DNA from: Candidatus Latescibacterota bacterium | Lineage (GTDB): Bacteria; Latescibacterota; UBA2968; UBA8231 | Reading direction: 5' to 3' | Length of the DNA: 64,000 nt | Assembly (NCBI GenBank): GCA_965206595.1 | Contig: OZ242214.1 | Coordinates: 6,720,001-6,784,000, forward strand | Part shown: positions 20,283 through 30,177 of the stretch, piece after piece | Layout of the letters: the number at the start of each line of letters is the position of its first letter | How positions within the stretch are numbered: the stretch's first letter is position 1 | The notes under the pieces: model-generated | What the model was told of the DNA's origin: nothing | The model's input: only the letters and a program-made list of their open reading frames with translations | Database searches by the model: none | Position numbers and translations under genes: made by a program

Positions 20283-20772
20283 TAATGCGTCTTGCTCACA
20301 AACCTGCTTGCCTGAAGGGACAGACTTCTCCCGCGCATCAGTGAACGCTGGATGCAATTCCCAGGCTGTTTCCGCCTGCCTCCTGGCAGAGAACGAGGGT
20401 CGTGCCGTTTCAACTGACCTGCGGCTCCATAGATAGGGTCCCCCCGCTTCAGAGCGCTGCCTTTTTTTTCTGCAGTAATTGAAGTCCCACCCCCCGCTAC
20501 CGCCTTTCTCCAACTAAAGTTTCAGGCCATTTTGGTTTTAGTTTCAACCGGTTATAATAAAAGGTAGAAGGAGGCAGGCAGCATCCGCTGCGGCTTCCCT
20601 GTCCCTTCTGTCGGCGGACACCGACGGAGTCACTATCCCTCTGAAACCGAAAGGAATTATATGGGAGCGTGAATCACAATATTTATTTGAGAGCCCCTGG
20701 TATTCAAGTACGGTATTCCACGGCTCGAAGATAATCCAGATCATTTTCGATCCCTTTTGAAGGTGTATAGCA

Positions 20773-21708
20773 ATGACAGCTACTCCGAAGACACAATATT
20801 TAAACACCCCGTCTGAACAGTCACAACCTTCCATACTCGGACCTCCCGTCCCGAACACCCTGTCCCTGGACGAATTCTACAGCATCTTCCCCGACGAGAT
20901 ATCAGCAGAGAGGTGGTTTGAGGATCTACGATGGAGCAACGGCATTACCTGCCACAGGTGCGGAGATAACAGGTTTACAGAAACTAAATCCGAAAGTCGC
21001 TCCGCTGTGGTGCCGTACTGGTGCTACACCTGCCGCAAACGCTTCAGCGTTCGCACTGGAACCCGCCTTCAAGGCACCAACCTTCCTCTGAAAAAATGGG
21101 CCTTGAGCATTTACCTGTCCGTCAACGGACCGATAAGCTCCACAGGTCTAAGCGGCTATCTCGGAACGGAGGCGCATACAGCATGGTCCGCCTTGCAAAA
21201 TATCCGCCAAGCCTGGGGAGATCCTGAACCGCTCCACGCCACCGTCGCAGAAATAGACGAAACCCCCTTCGGAAAGGTGCGAGGCGCTTCAGGACAGATA
21301 ATCGTCCTGGGAATGAAAGACCGGAACACCGGAAAAATCGCGGCAAAAGTCATCCCCAAAAAAGACCTGGCCACCATAGAACCCTTCGTCCAACTCCACA
21401 TGCAGGATAACCAGGGCACCCTCTACAGCGACGGGGCCAAGGTCTACAGGGCGGTAAGGTGCGTCGCAGACCACCAGTATGTCGTTCACAGCAAGGGGCA
21501 ATACGTCAATGGCAAGGTGCACACTAATGGAATTGATTCATTCTGGTCCTCTCTGAAGGAAGCATATCTTCACACCTATAGACAGAACATATCCGCAAAA
21601 TACTTTCCTCTGTACGTAAACGAGATCGTCGGACGACATAATATCCAGGACAAGGATACAATGGGGAAAATGAAATGGCTCGCCTCCAGGTTGCTGGAAC
21701 CGAAATAG
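20773..21708 (+). CDS. IS1595-family transposase
   Basis: Zn ribbon CHRC..CYTC, FSVRTGT, EIDETPF, LYSDG, VVHSKGQYV, HTNGIDSFW. Confidence 0.92.
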   Translation: MTATPKTQYLNTPSEQSQPSILGPPVPNTLSLDEFYSIFPDEISAERWFEDLRWSNGITCHRCGDNRFTETKSESRSAVVPYWCYTCRKRFSVRTGTRLQGTNLPLKKWALSIYLSVNGPISSTGLSGYLGTEAHTAWSALQNIRQAWGDPEPLHATVAEIDETPFGKVRGASGQIIVLGMKDRNTGKIAAKVIPKKDLATIEPFVQLHMQDNQGTLYSDGAKVYRAVRCVADHQYVVHSKGQYVNGKVHTNGIDSFWSSLKEAYLHTYRQNISAKYFPLYVNEIVGRHNIQDKDTMGKMKWLASRLLEPK

Positions 21709-22197
21709 ACAGGGTCGGGACGCAAGCAGCCGGTCCTCCGGGAGGCTGGAATGAGGCCAGGAAGAAAGGTGCCGACTGGCTCCCCGTCCCTCCTCGAAGT
21801 CGTGCAGATAGACCCTCGTAAAGCCCCATAGACGCTCGACGAAGCCTTGTCCCTCCCTACCCTCCACCCCCCGGGGCCTGCTCCCCTGCAGCCCGGTCTG
21901 AGCACGATCTATGAATCTCTCAGAGGATTGAAAGGGAAGGTGGAGCCGGTGAGATTCCGGTCTGCCTATGTATTACGGGATGATCTCGAAGAATAATCTT
22001 CCAGTTCTGAATCTCCTTCCATCTCCCGGGTAAACAGTGGACGACGAGGGGTGTCCATTTCTCTGTATTCTTTATCATATAGTTATACCATAATTTCTTG
22101 AAATTCGCGGGAAAGTCTCTCCTTGATCGACGTAAGGAATCCCTGGGGAAGACAAGGCGACTCTTCGGCAGCCCCCCCGAAAACAGGGAGAAATTCT

Positions 22198-22845
22198 ATG
22201 CCAAGGACAGCTTGTCTGATTGCCCTCTTACTCGCCGCTCCTCTACAGGCAAGAGAGTGGAGCTTAGGCGTGGATCTTCCATTGGATCAGGGTGGCACGA
22301 GCTTATGGAATACAGGGGAACAGGGAGGCTACGTATGCCCCTTGGAGGACCTACAATTAATACCTTCGCTTCAGGGTCCTCTCACGCTACAAAGGTGGGG
22401 GAACAATGTTCTTCCCCGGAGAGATGAGATGAGACCCGGAGCTGGCATTTCCAGAGGGTATAAAGATTTCGGAGTTTTCCTATCCTATGAGTTTGGATAT
22501 GAAGGATGGGATGGAGATGGCATATACGAGAGAGTAGGACTGGACGCTTACCCCCGAGAGTAGTTGTCTACTGGACCCTCCGATGAGTCCAAGGTTCTTG
22601 ATCTCGATCCTCCCCTTGAAATGCGTTATGCGCTCGTGGTATCCAGCGAAGGACTCACTGAGTTCCCCAGGACCGTCGAGAATGACCTTGCTGTTGGTTG
22701 GAAGAATACTGTCAGGTGTCGAATAACTCCTCCTGCCATTCCATCGCGTAACCTGTTACGGGAGGGTGTCCCTAAGGTGATGTCTTTTCGAGGGATACAT
22801 CGAACTTTATATTTCTCATCAGTTTTTGCGCAGTATTCGATATAA
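22198..22845 (+). pseudogene. fragment of a secreted protein with in-frame TAG at 22561
   Basis: GGGAG SD, signal peptide MPRTACLIALLLAAPLQA; the same frame continues after the stop. Confidence 0.5.
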
Positions 22846-22850
22846 GTCCC

Positions 22851-23951
22851 AACCGTATTGTCCCAACTTCCACTGGCCAGGGTGGTCCCATCCGGCGAGA
22901 ACGCCACCGAACGGACCCAAGATGTATGCCCTCGGAGGGTGGCCTTCTCCTGCCCGCTGGCCACATCCCACAACCGAACCGTTTCGTCATAACTCACACT
23001 GGCAAGGGTGGTCCCATCCGGCGAAAACGCCACCGAAGTGAGCCCGGTCGTATGCCGGAGGGTGGCTGTCTCCTGCCCGCTAGCCACCTCCCACAACACA
23101 ACCGTGCCGTCCCGACTCCCACTGGCCAGGGTGGCCCCATCCGGCGAGAACGCCACCGAATAGACCACATATATATGCCCTTGGAGGGTGGCCGTCTCCT
23201 GCCCGCTCGCCACATCCCACAACACAACCGTGCCGTCTCGACTCCCACCACTAGCCAGGGTGGTCCCATCCGGCGAGAACGCCACCGAACGAGCCCAATC
23301 CGTATTCCCTTGGAGGGTGGCCTTCTCCTGCCCGCTGGTCACCTCCCACAACACAACCGCATAGTCCGGCCAACCTACACTACTGGCCAGAGTGGTCCCA
23401 TCCGGGGAGAACGCCACCGAAAGGACCCTCCCCGTATGCCGGAGAGTGGCCTTCTCCTGCCCGCTGGCCACATCCCACAACCGAACCGTTCTGTCCTCAC
23501 TTGAACTGGCCAGGGTGGTCCCATCCGGCGAAAACGCCACCGAAAGGACCCCATCCGTATGCGCTTGGAGGGCCGCCTTCTTCTGTCCGCTGGCCACATC
23601 CCACAGCACAACTGTGGAGTCGAAACTACCACTGGCCAGAGTGGTCCCATCCGGGGAGAACGCCACCGCACGGACAAACCTTGTATGCCCCGTGAACAAG
23701 GCGATTTCAGCACCGGTGCCAGCATTGTAGAGCCAGATACCGATGCCACTTGCCACGGCCAGCCGTATGCCATCGGGGGAATAGGCCACCGCTCGGTCCC
23801 CACCACCGATGCCGCCTTTGCCCAGACGGGCGAGGGCCCCTTCGGGCAGATTCCAGCGGGGATAGTCCTGGGCACGGCCTTCCCGCACCAACAGGACACA
23901 GGCCAACAAGAAGGCGACATTGAATATTCGGGGCTGTTTCATCTGATTCAT
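22851..23951 (-). pseudogene. 5' part of split secreted WD40-repeat gene (about 8 repeats)
   Basis: Signal peptide, WNLPEGALARLGKG, tandem VAFSPDGTTLASG repeats cut at the insertion. Confidence 0.9.
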
Positions 23952-24016
23952 TGATTCATGTCTTTTCTTAGGAAGGGATGGGCGGCCCGGCCCAGGCGGC
24001 GCAACTCGGGTGAGAG

Positions 24017-24346
24017 TCAGTCTTCGGCCACGGCCCTCTCCAGGATCTCCTGGAGATAGGCGTTCATGCTCAGCCGATGGCGGGCGGCCTGCAGGGCGAC
24101 CCTCCGATGGAGGTCGGGCGTCGTGCGCAGCATCATCTTCCCGGAAAAAGGCTTCTCCGGCGGACGATCCTGCTCCCGGCAGAAAGCCAGGTACTCCTCG
24201 ACTGATCGACGCATCTCCCGGCGCAACTCGGCCACCGAGGAGCCGTAGAAGGAGATGACGTCGTTCGTGTTGACCACGGTCCCGTGAAACGAGCCGGTAT
24301 CGGGCTCGAAATCGAAGACACCGAGAAAGCCCTTGTACTCGATCAT
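24017..24346 (-). CDS. hicB: HicB antitoxin
   Basis: MIEYKGF..., VEEYLAFC, PEKPFSGK and a C-terminal RHH (LHRR..SMNAY). Confidence 0.92.
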   Translation of the reverse strand: MIEYKGFLGVFDFEPDTGSFHGTVVNTNDVISFYGSSVAELRREMRRSVEEYLAFCREQDRPPEKPFSGKMMLRTTPDLHRRVALQAARHRLSMNAYLQEILERAVAED

Positions 24347-24594
24347 GGTGTCACCCCCGCATTCTCCAGGAATCGGCGCAGGTCCCTCACCGCCCCCCTG
24401 CTCATCTCGGGGCCCGGATGGGGCCGGTGGAAGACCGCGACTCGATCGTTCAGCAGAATCGCCACTCTGGAGCCCGCTCGTTCGCTTACGATCCCGCCAA
24501 GCCCCTTGAGCATGAACTCCACATCCCGCCAACGAACGGCGCCGGGCGGATGGGCGAAGATCGCCTCGAGCGTTCTGCGATGGCGCCGGTTCAT
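24343..24594 (-). CDS. hicA: HicA mRNA interferase toxin
   Basis: 83 aa; GSRV and FHRPHP motifs; 4-nt overlap with hicB. Confidence 0.92.
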   Translation of the reverse strand: MNRRHRRTLEAIFAHPPGAVRWRDVEFMLKGLGGIVSERAGSRVAILLNDRVAVFHRPHPGPEMSRGAVRDLRRFLENAGVTP

Positions 24595-24600
24595 TCGCTG

Positions 24601-24629
24601 ATGATATCATTCTATGATAGCAAAGTCAA
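24601..24629 (-). promoter_or_regulatory. sigma70 promoter of hicAB with palindromic operator; probably leaderless
   Basis: TTGACT-17 bp-TATCAT ending 7 nt before the hicA ATG; inverted repeat TGATATCAT-TCT-ATGATAGCA at 24602-24622. Confidence 0.75.
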
Positions 24630-24645
24630 TCGGAAGCTGTGACCC

Positions 24646-26046
24646 ATGCTGCTGACGATCGCGACCACTTCAAAGCCGGCTACCGATCTCGGGTACCTGC
24701 TGGTGAAGAACCCCGCCCGCTGCCAGTCGTTCCCCCTGCCGTTCGGACAGGCGCACGTCTTCTACCCGGTGGCCCGCGAAGACCGCTGCGAAGCGGCGCT
24801 GCTGCTCGACCTCGATCCGGTCGGTCTCGTGCGCGGCCCCCGGGGCGCCAACCCCGGCGACGGCGGGGCCCTGAAGCAGTACGTCAACGACCGCCCCTAC
24901 GTCGCCTCCTCCTTCCTCAGCGTCGCCATCGCCCGCGTCTTCGGCTCGGCTCTCAAGGGCAGCAGCAAGGACCGGCCCGAGCTCGCGGACACGCCGCTCC
25001 CCTTCGAGGCGGAGGTCGCCGTGCTCCCCTGCCGCGGGGGCGAGCCGTTCCTGCGGCGCCTCTTCGAGCCGCTCGGGTACGCGGTCGAGGCCCGGCGCCT
25101 CCCTCTCGACAGCAACTTCCCCGAATGGGGGGAGAGCCCGTACTACCGGGTGCGGCTGGCCGGAACCTGCCGGCTCCGCGACCTCCTCTCCCACCTCTAC
25201 GTCCTGCTTCCGGTGCTCGACGACGACAAGCATTACTGGGTAGGGCAGGAGGAGCTCGACAAGCTGCTGGCCCGGGGGGAAGGCTGGCTCTCCTCGCACC
25301 CGGAGCGGGAGCAGATCGCCCGCCGCTACCTCAAGCACCAGCGCTACCTGGCGAAGGAGGCGCTCGCCCGGCTCGTCGCCGAGGAAGACCCGGACGCCGA
25401 TGGCGAACCGGCGCATGAGCAGGAGGAGGAGGGTCTCGAGCGCGCGCTCAGTCTGAACGACCAGCGCCTCGCAGCGGTCAGGGGGGCGCTCCGGGAGGCG
25501 GGCGCGCGCAGCGTCATCGATCTCGGCTGCGGCGAGGGCAAGCTTCTCAAGGCCCTGCTCGACGACGGGGAGTGCGGCCGCATCGCCGGCATGGACGTCT
25601 CCCACCGCGCCCTCGAGATCGCCGGGGAGCGCCTCGGCCTCGAGCGCCTCCCGGCCGGACGGCGGCAGCGCCTCGAGCTCTTCCAGGGCTCCCTCACCTA
25701 CCGGGACGAGCGCCTCTCCGGGTACGACGCCGCCTGCGCCGTGGAGGTGATCGAGCATATCGATCCGCCGCGGCTGCCGGCGTTCGAGCGCGTCCTCTTC
25801 GAGTTCGCGCGGCCGGCGACGGTGATCGCGACCACGCCGAACGCCGACTACAACAGCCGCTTCGAGTCCCTTCCCGCCGGCCGCTTCCGCCACCGCGACC
25901 ACCGCTTCGAATGGACGCGGAAGCAGTTCCGCGACTGGGCGCAGGCCGCGGCCGGCCGCTTCGGGTACTCCGTCCGCTTCCTGCCGGTCGGCGAAGAGGA
26001 TCCGGAGCTCGGCCCGCCGACGCAGATGGCGGTGTTCTCGTTATGA
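24646..26046 (+). CDS. hen1: 3'-terminal RNA ribose 2'-O-methyltransferase Hen1
   Basis: PATDLGYLL.KNP, YVNDRPY, DLGCGEG, EVIEH, TTPN, RHRDHRFEW. Confidence 0.96.
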   Translation: MLLTIATTSKPATDLGYLLVKNPARCQSFPLPFGQAHVFYPVAREDRCEAALLLDLDPVGLVRGPRGANPGDGGALKQYVNDRPYVASSFLSVAIARVFGSALKGSSKDRPELADTPLPFEAEVAVLPCRGGEPFLRRLFEPLGYAVEARRLPLDSNFPEWGESPYYRVRLAGTCRLRDLLSHLYVLLPVLDDDKHYWVGQEELDKLLARGEGWLSSHPEREQIARRYLKHQRYLAKEALARLVAEEDPDADGEPAHEQEEEGLERALSLNDQRLAAVRGALREAGARSVIDLGCGEGKLLKALLDDGECGRIAGMDVSHRALEIAGERLGLERLPAGRRQRLELFQGSLTYRDERLSGYDAACAVEVIEHIDPPRLPAFERVLFEFARPATVIATTPNADYNSRFESLPAGRFRHRDHRFEWTRKQFRDWAQAAAGRFGYSVRFLPVGEEDPELGPPTQMAVFSL

Positions 26047-28589
26047 AGCTGACCGTTCCCGAGCCCTCGCTGGTCGTTCTCGCCGGCCCTTCGGGGAGCG
26101 GCAAGACGACCTTTGCGCGCCGGCACTTCCGGCCCACCGAGGTGATCTCTTCCGACTACTGCCGCGGCCTCGTCGCCGACGACGAGAACGACCTGTCCGC
26201 CACCGGCGACGCCTTCGATCTCCTTCACTACATCGCCGGCAAACGGCTCGCCGGCCGCAGGCTCACCGTGATCGACGCGACGAGCGTGAAGCCGGAGGAC
26301 CGCGCCAGGCTGATCGCCCTGGCCCGCGAGTTCCACCTCCTCGCCGCGGCCATCGTCTTCGACCTGCCGCCGCAGCTCTGCCAGCGGCGCAACGAGGAGC
26401 GCGCCGACCGCGACATCGACCCCCACGTGGTGCGCCGGCAGAGCCGCTCCCTGCGCCGCTCCCTGCGCGGCCTCAGGCGGGAGGGCTTCCACTCCGTCAC
26501 CGTGTTCGGCAGCCCGGAAGAAGCGGATGCCGCCTCCATCGAGCGCCAGCCGCTGTGGCCGGACCGGCGCGGCGAGCGCGGGCCCTTCGATATCATCGGC
26601 GACGTCCACGGCTGCTTCGACGAGCTCTCCGAATTGCTCGGCTCCCTCGGCTGGGAGGTCGGCTCCGGGTCCGCGGGGCCGGTGGCGCGCCACCCGGAAG
26701 GGCGCAAGGCGGTCTTCCTCGGGGATCTCGTCGACCGCGGCCCCCGCTCTCCGGAGGTGCTGCGCCTGGTCATGGGGATGGTCGAGGCGGGAACGGCTCT
26801 CTGCATTCCGGGCAACCACGACGTCAAGCTCCTGCGCAAGCTGCAGGGCAGGGATGTGAAGATCTCCCACGGCCTCGCCGAGACCCTGGAGCAGCTCGAG
26901 CGCGAGCCGGCCGAATTCTCCGACGAGGCCGCGGCCTTCATCGGCCGCCTGGTCAGCCATTACGTGCTCGACGGCGGCGAGCTCGTCGTCGCCCACGCCG
27001 GCCTCGAGGAGGCCCTCCAGGGACGGGCGTCGGGCCGGGTGCGCGAGTTCGCCCTCTACGGCGAGACCACCGGTGAGACCGACGAGTTCGGGCTGCCGCT
27101 CCGCTGCGACTGGGCCGCGGCCTACCGCGGCGGAGCGACGGTTGTATACGGCCACACCCCGGTGCCGGAGCCGGAGTGGGTGAACCGCACCGTCAACATC
27201 GACACCGGGTGCGTCTTCGGGGGCAAGCTGACGGCGCTGCGCTATCCGGAAAGGGAGATCGTCCAGGTCCCGGCGCGGCAGGTCTACTGCGAGCCGGTGC
27301 GGCCGCTGCCGTCCTCCGGAGAGGCGGAAGGATCACGGCCGTACGGGGACCTGCTCGACATCGGCGACGTGCTCGGAAAGCGGCTCATCCCCACGCGACT
27401 GAACCGCGGCGTCGCCATCCGCAAGGAGAACGCCGCGGCCGCTCTCGAGGTGATGAGCCGCTTCGCCGTCGACCCGCGCTGGCTCGTCTACCTGCCGCCG
27501 ACCATGGCCCCGTCCGACACCGCCGCGGAGGGAGAGTACCTCGAGCACCCGCGCGAGACCTTCGCCCATTTCCGGGGCCAGGGGATTTCCCGGGTGATCT
27601 GCCAGGAGAAGCACATGGGGTCGCGGGCGGTAATCCTGCTCTGCCGGGACGAAGCCGCGGCGCAGCGCAGGTTCGGAGCCGGCCGCGGCGAGGCCGGAGT
27701 GGTCTACACCCGCACCGGGCGCCCCTTCTTCAGCGACCCGGAGCGCGGCTCCGAGGTCGTGGCGAGACTGCGCGCCGCGGTCGAGCGCGCCGGGTTCTGG
27801 CAGCGGTTCGACAGCGACTGGGTCTGCCTCGACGCCGAGATCATGCCCTGGTCGGAGAAGGCGCAGGAGCTGCTGCGCAGCCAGTACGCCCCGGCGGGGT
27901 CCGCGGCAGGGGCCGCCTTCGAGGCCGCCCTCGCCGCCCTGGGGCAGGCCGCGGAAAGAGGAGGCGGCAACGAAGAGCTGGAGGCCCACCTGCGGCAGCG
28001 GCAGGGCTGCATCTCCCGCTACGTCGACGCCTACCGTCGCTACTGCTGGCCGGTCAACAGCCTCTCGGATCTCCGGGTCGCCCCCTTCCACCTGCTGGCG
28101 ACCGAGGGCCGCGTCCACGTCGACCAGGACCACCTCTGGCACATGGAGACCCTCGCCGGGCTGTGCCGGGCGGACGCAGAGCTGCTGCTCGAGACGCGGT
28201 ATCTCCTCGTCGACACGGGGGATCCGGACAGCGAGGAACAGGGAACCCGCTGGTGGCTGGAGCTCACCGAAAGCGGCGGCGAGGGCATGGTGGTCAAGCC
28301 CCTGGACTGGCTCGCCCGGGGCAAGCGGGGGCCGGCGCAGCCGGCGCTCAAGTGCCGGGGGCGGGAGTACCTGCGCATCATCTACGGCCCCGAGTACACC
28401 CTCCCCGGGCAGATCGAGCGCCTGCGCCAGCGCCGGTTGTCTGTCAAGCGCTCGCTGGCGCTGCGGGAGTTCGCCCTCGGCATGGAGGCCCTGCACCGCT
28501 TCGTCGAGGGGGAGCCCCTCTACCGCGTGCACGAGTGCGTCTTCGGAGTGCTCGCCCTGGAGAGCGAGCCGGTCGACCCGAGGCTGTGA
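26043..28589 (+). CDS. pnkp: polynucleotide kinase-phosphatase-ligase Pnkp
   Basis: P-loop GPSGSGKT; calcineurin-like GDVHG/GDLVDRG/GNHD; ligase EKHMGSR, EGMVVKP; ends VDPRL. Confidence 0.96.
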   Translation: MKLTVPEPSLVVLAGPSGSGKTTFARRHFRPTEVISSDYCRGLVADDENDLSATGDAFDLLHYIAGKRLAGRRLTVIDATSVKPEDRARLIALAREFHLLAAAIVFDLPPQLCQRRNEERADRDIDPHVVRRQSRSLRRSLRGLRREGFHSVTVFGSPEEADAASIERQPLWPDRRGERGPFDIIGDVHGCFDELSELLGSLGWEVGSGSAGPVARHPEGRKAVFLGDLVDRGPRSPEVLRLVMGMVEAGTALCIPGNHDVKLLRKLQGRDVKISHGLAETLEQLEREPAEFSDEAAAFIGRLVSHYVLDGGELVVAHAGLEEALQGRASGRVREFALYGETTGETDEFGLPLRCDWAAAYRGGATVVYGHTPVPEPEWVNRTVNIDTGCVFGGKLTALRYPEREIVQVPARQVYCEPVRPLPSSGEAEGSRPYGDLLDIGDVLGKRLIPTRLNRGVAIRKENAAAALEVMSRFAVDPRWLVYLPPTMAPSDTAAEGEYLEHPRETFAHFRGQGISRVICQEKHMGSRAVILLCRDEAAAQRRFGAGRGEAGVVYTRTGRPFFSDPERGSEVVARLRAAVERAGFWQRFDSDWVCLDAEIMPWSEKAQELLRSQYAPAGSAAGAAFEAALAALGQAAERGGGNEELEAHLRQRQGCISRYVDAYRRYCWPVNSLSDLRVAPFHLLATEGRVHVDQDHLWHMETLAGLCRADAELLLETRYLLVDTGDPDSEEQGTRWWLELTESGGEGMVVKPLDWLARGKRGPAQPALKCRGREYLRIIYGPEYTLPGQIERLRQRRLSVKRSLALREFALGMEALHRFVEGEPLYRVHECVFGVLALESEPVDPRL

Positions 28590-28888
28590 TGGGCCGCCAC
28601 AGCCTGGCCGGCCGCTGACAATCTTCGCCGGCTCGATGACACTACTCGACGTCGACTGTCTGAAGGGGAAGTTTCAGCCGGTGAAGCCGGAATTGGTCAG
28701 ATGGGCATCGGGCGAAACTGGTAGGGGCTTGGCCATGGCTCGGCCTGCAACGGAGAGCGGCCGAGGACAAAGCGGCCCTGGTATGTGGAGACGAAATCGT
28801 GGTCGGCGAACTTGCGGGATTGTGTAACGCGATCCCGGTGAGACCGGACACCCATGCGCACGCGCCGGCGTTCGCACGCAAACCGGGA

Positions 28889-29725
28889 TCAGAGTGTCTG
28901 ACGGACCTGCTCGGCGTCCTTGAACAGGATTTCGCGCACCGCGGTGGTCGCCTGCTCGTGAAACTCGACAGCGACCGGATCGTAGTCGGTCCCGGGCCGC
29001 GGGGTATGTTTGAAGTGACCGTATCGGTCAGTGCCGCGAACGAGCGCGGCGCTGTCCCATTCGCCGACGATCTGCCGGGTGCTCGTCGGCATGAAATGCA
29101 GCGACAGGCCGATGCGGCGGTCATGCGACTGGTTGGGACTCGATGCGTGCGCGAGGCGCACGTTGTGGAGTGAGATTTCACCCGGTTGCAGCGGCATGTC
29201 CACCGCATCCGCTTCGTCCACGTCGACGGAAATCTCCTGACCCCGGGTGAGCATGTTGTTCTGTTGGTACTCGTCGCTGTGGGGCAGGAGGTCGCCGACG
29301 TGACTGCCGGGCAGGACGCGCATGCAGCCGGTTTCGGGTGTCGCCGGCGAAAGAGCCAACCAGACGGTCACCAGGTCGCCGCTGTCGAGGCCCCAGTAGC
29401 GGAGGTCCTGATGCCACGAGACGAAAGTTTCGCTCCGGGGTTCCTTGATCCAGAAGAAGGTATTCCAGCACAGGATGTCGGGACCGATCAGGTCCTCGAC
29501 TGCATCGAGGATGCGATCGTGGCGCATAAGGTCGTCGATCCAGGTGAACAAGAGATGGGACTTGCTGCGCTGTGCCCCTTCGATCGGATGACCCTGAGAA
29601 GCCTCGAAGGTCTCGAGCAACTTCCGGTTGGCGGCGACTTCGCCGTCGTCGAGCATGCGGACCGGGAAATAGTACCCGTCTCGCTTGTACTGGGCGATGG
29701 CCTCTTCGCTCAGGATTTTTTGCAT
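28889..29725 (-). CDS. phytanoyl-CoA dioxygenase family (Fe/2OG)
   Basis: WHQD, GCMRVLPGSH, HASSPN..RR motifs. Confidence 0.9.
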   Translation of the reverse strand: MQKILSEEAIAQYKRDGYYFPVRMLDDGEVAANRKLLETFEASQGHPIEGAQRSKSHLLFTWIDDLMRHDRILDAVEDLIGPDILCWNTFFWIKEPRSETFVSWHQDLRYWGLDSGDLVTVWLALSPATPETGCMRVLPGSHVGDLLPHSDEYQQNNMLTRGQEISVDVDEADAVDMPLQPGEISLHNVRLAHASSPNQSHDRRIGLSLHFMPTSTRQIVGEWDSAALVRGTDRYGHFKHTPRPGTDYDPVAVEFHEQATTAVREILFKDAEQVRQTL

Positions 29726-30177
29726 GGTCGGCCTCCGGGTCGATTACGGGGACAGGTGCAGAAAAGCGCGGAAGCTGTACTTCATTTCTTCATCCATCGA
29801 TTCGTCGGAAGCAACTTCAGTGATCAGGATGTCGATGTCCATCCTCCCCAACCCACTTGCCCGGCAGCGATGGGCAACCCAGGACCGCCGCTTTTCACCC
29901 GGAGGTCAACCCGGCGGCCGGGCTCGCGCCTCGCGACCGGCCATCTTCTCCTCACTGGACGAGATGCTGCGATTTACTTTGTCGAGCGCAGCCACCGGTC
30001 GCGGTCGTAACACCCGGGAAACCCCCCGGCCAAATTTCCTCGAGCGGCCGAAGCCTTTTATTGCCTTGCCGATGGAGAGCCGCTGTATTTCGAGAACGAG
30101 TGCGTCTCCCGAGCCCTGGCTCTGGAGAGCGAGCCGCGGCCCGAGGCTGCAAGCGCACTCGAGAAAAGGCGAGAGAG

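Larger units (their letters stand above)
14524..22850. mobile_element. 8.3-kb cargo-carrying insertion with IS1595-family transposase
   Basis: AACCGTAT at 14516-14523 and 22851-22858; removal rejoins the WD40 frame (..WDNTV|RLWDV..); visibly lower GC than the flanks; no clear terminal inverted repeats. Confidence 0.8.

Noticed and set aside
14524-22850. Prophage, ICE or diversity-generating retroelement
   Set aside because: No integrase, phage, conjugation or reverse transcriptase genes; the duplications are exact, with no adenine-specific differences
22626-22850. C-terminal 74 aa of the 441-aa WD40 ORF as a real domain
   Set aside because: Read-through into the inserted element past the 8-bp duplication
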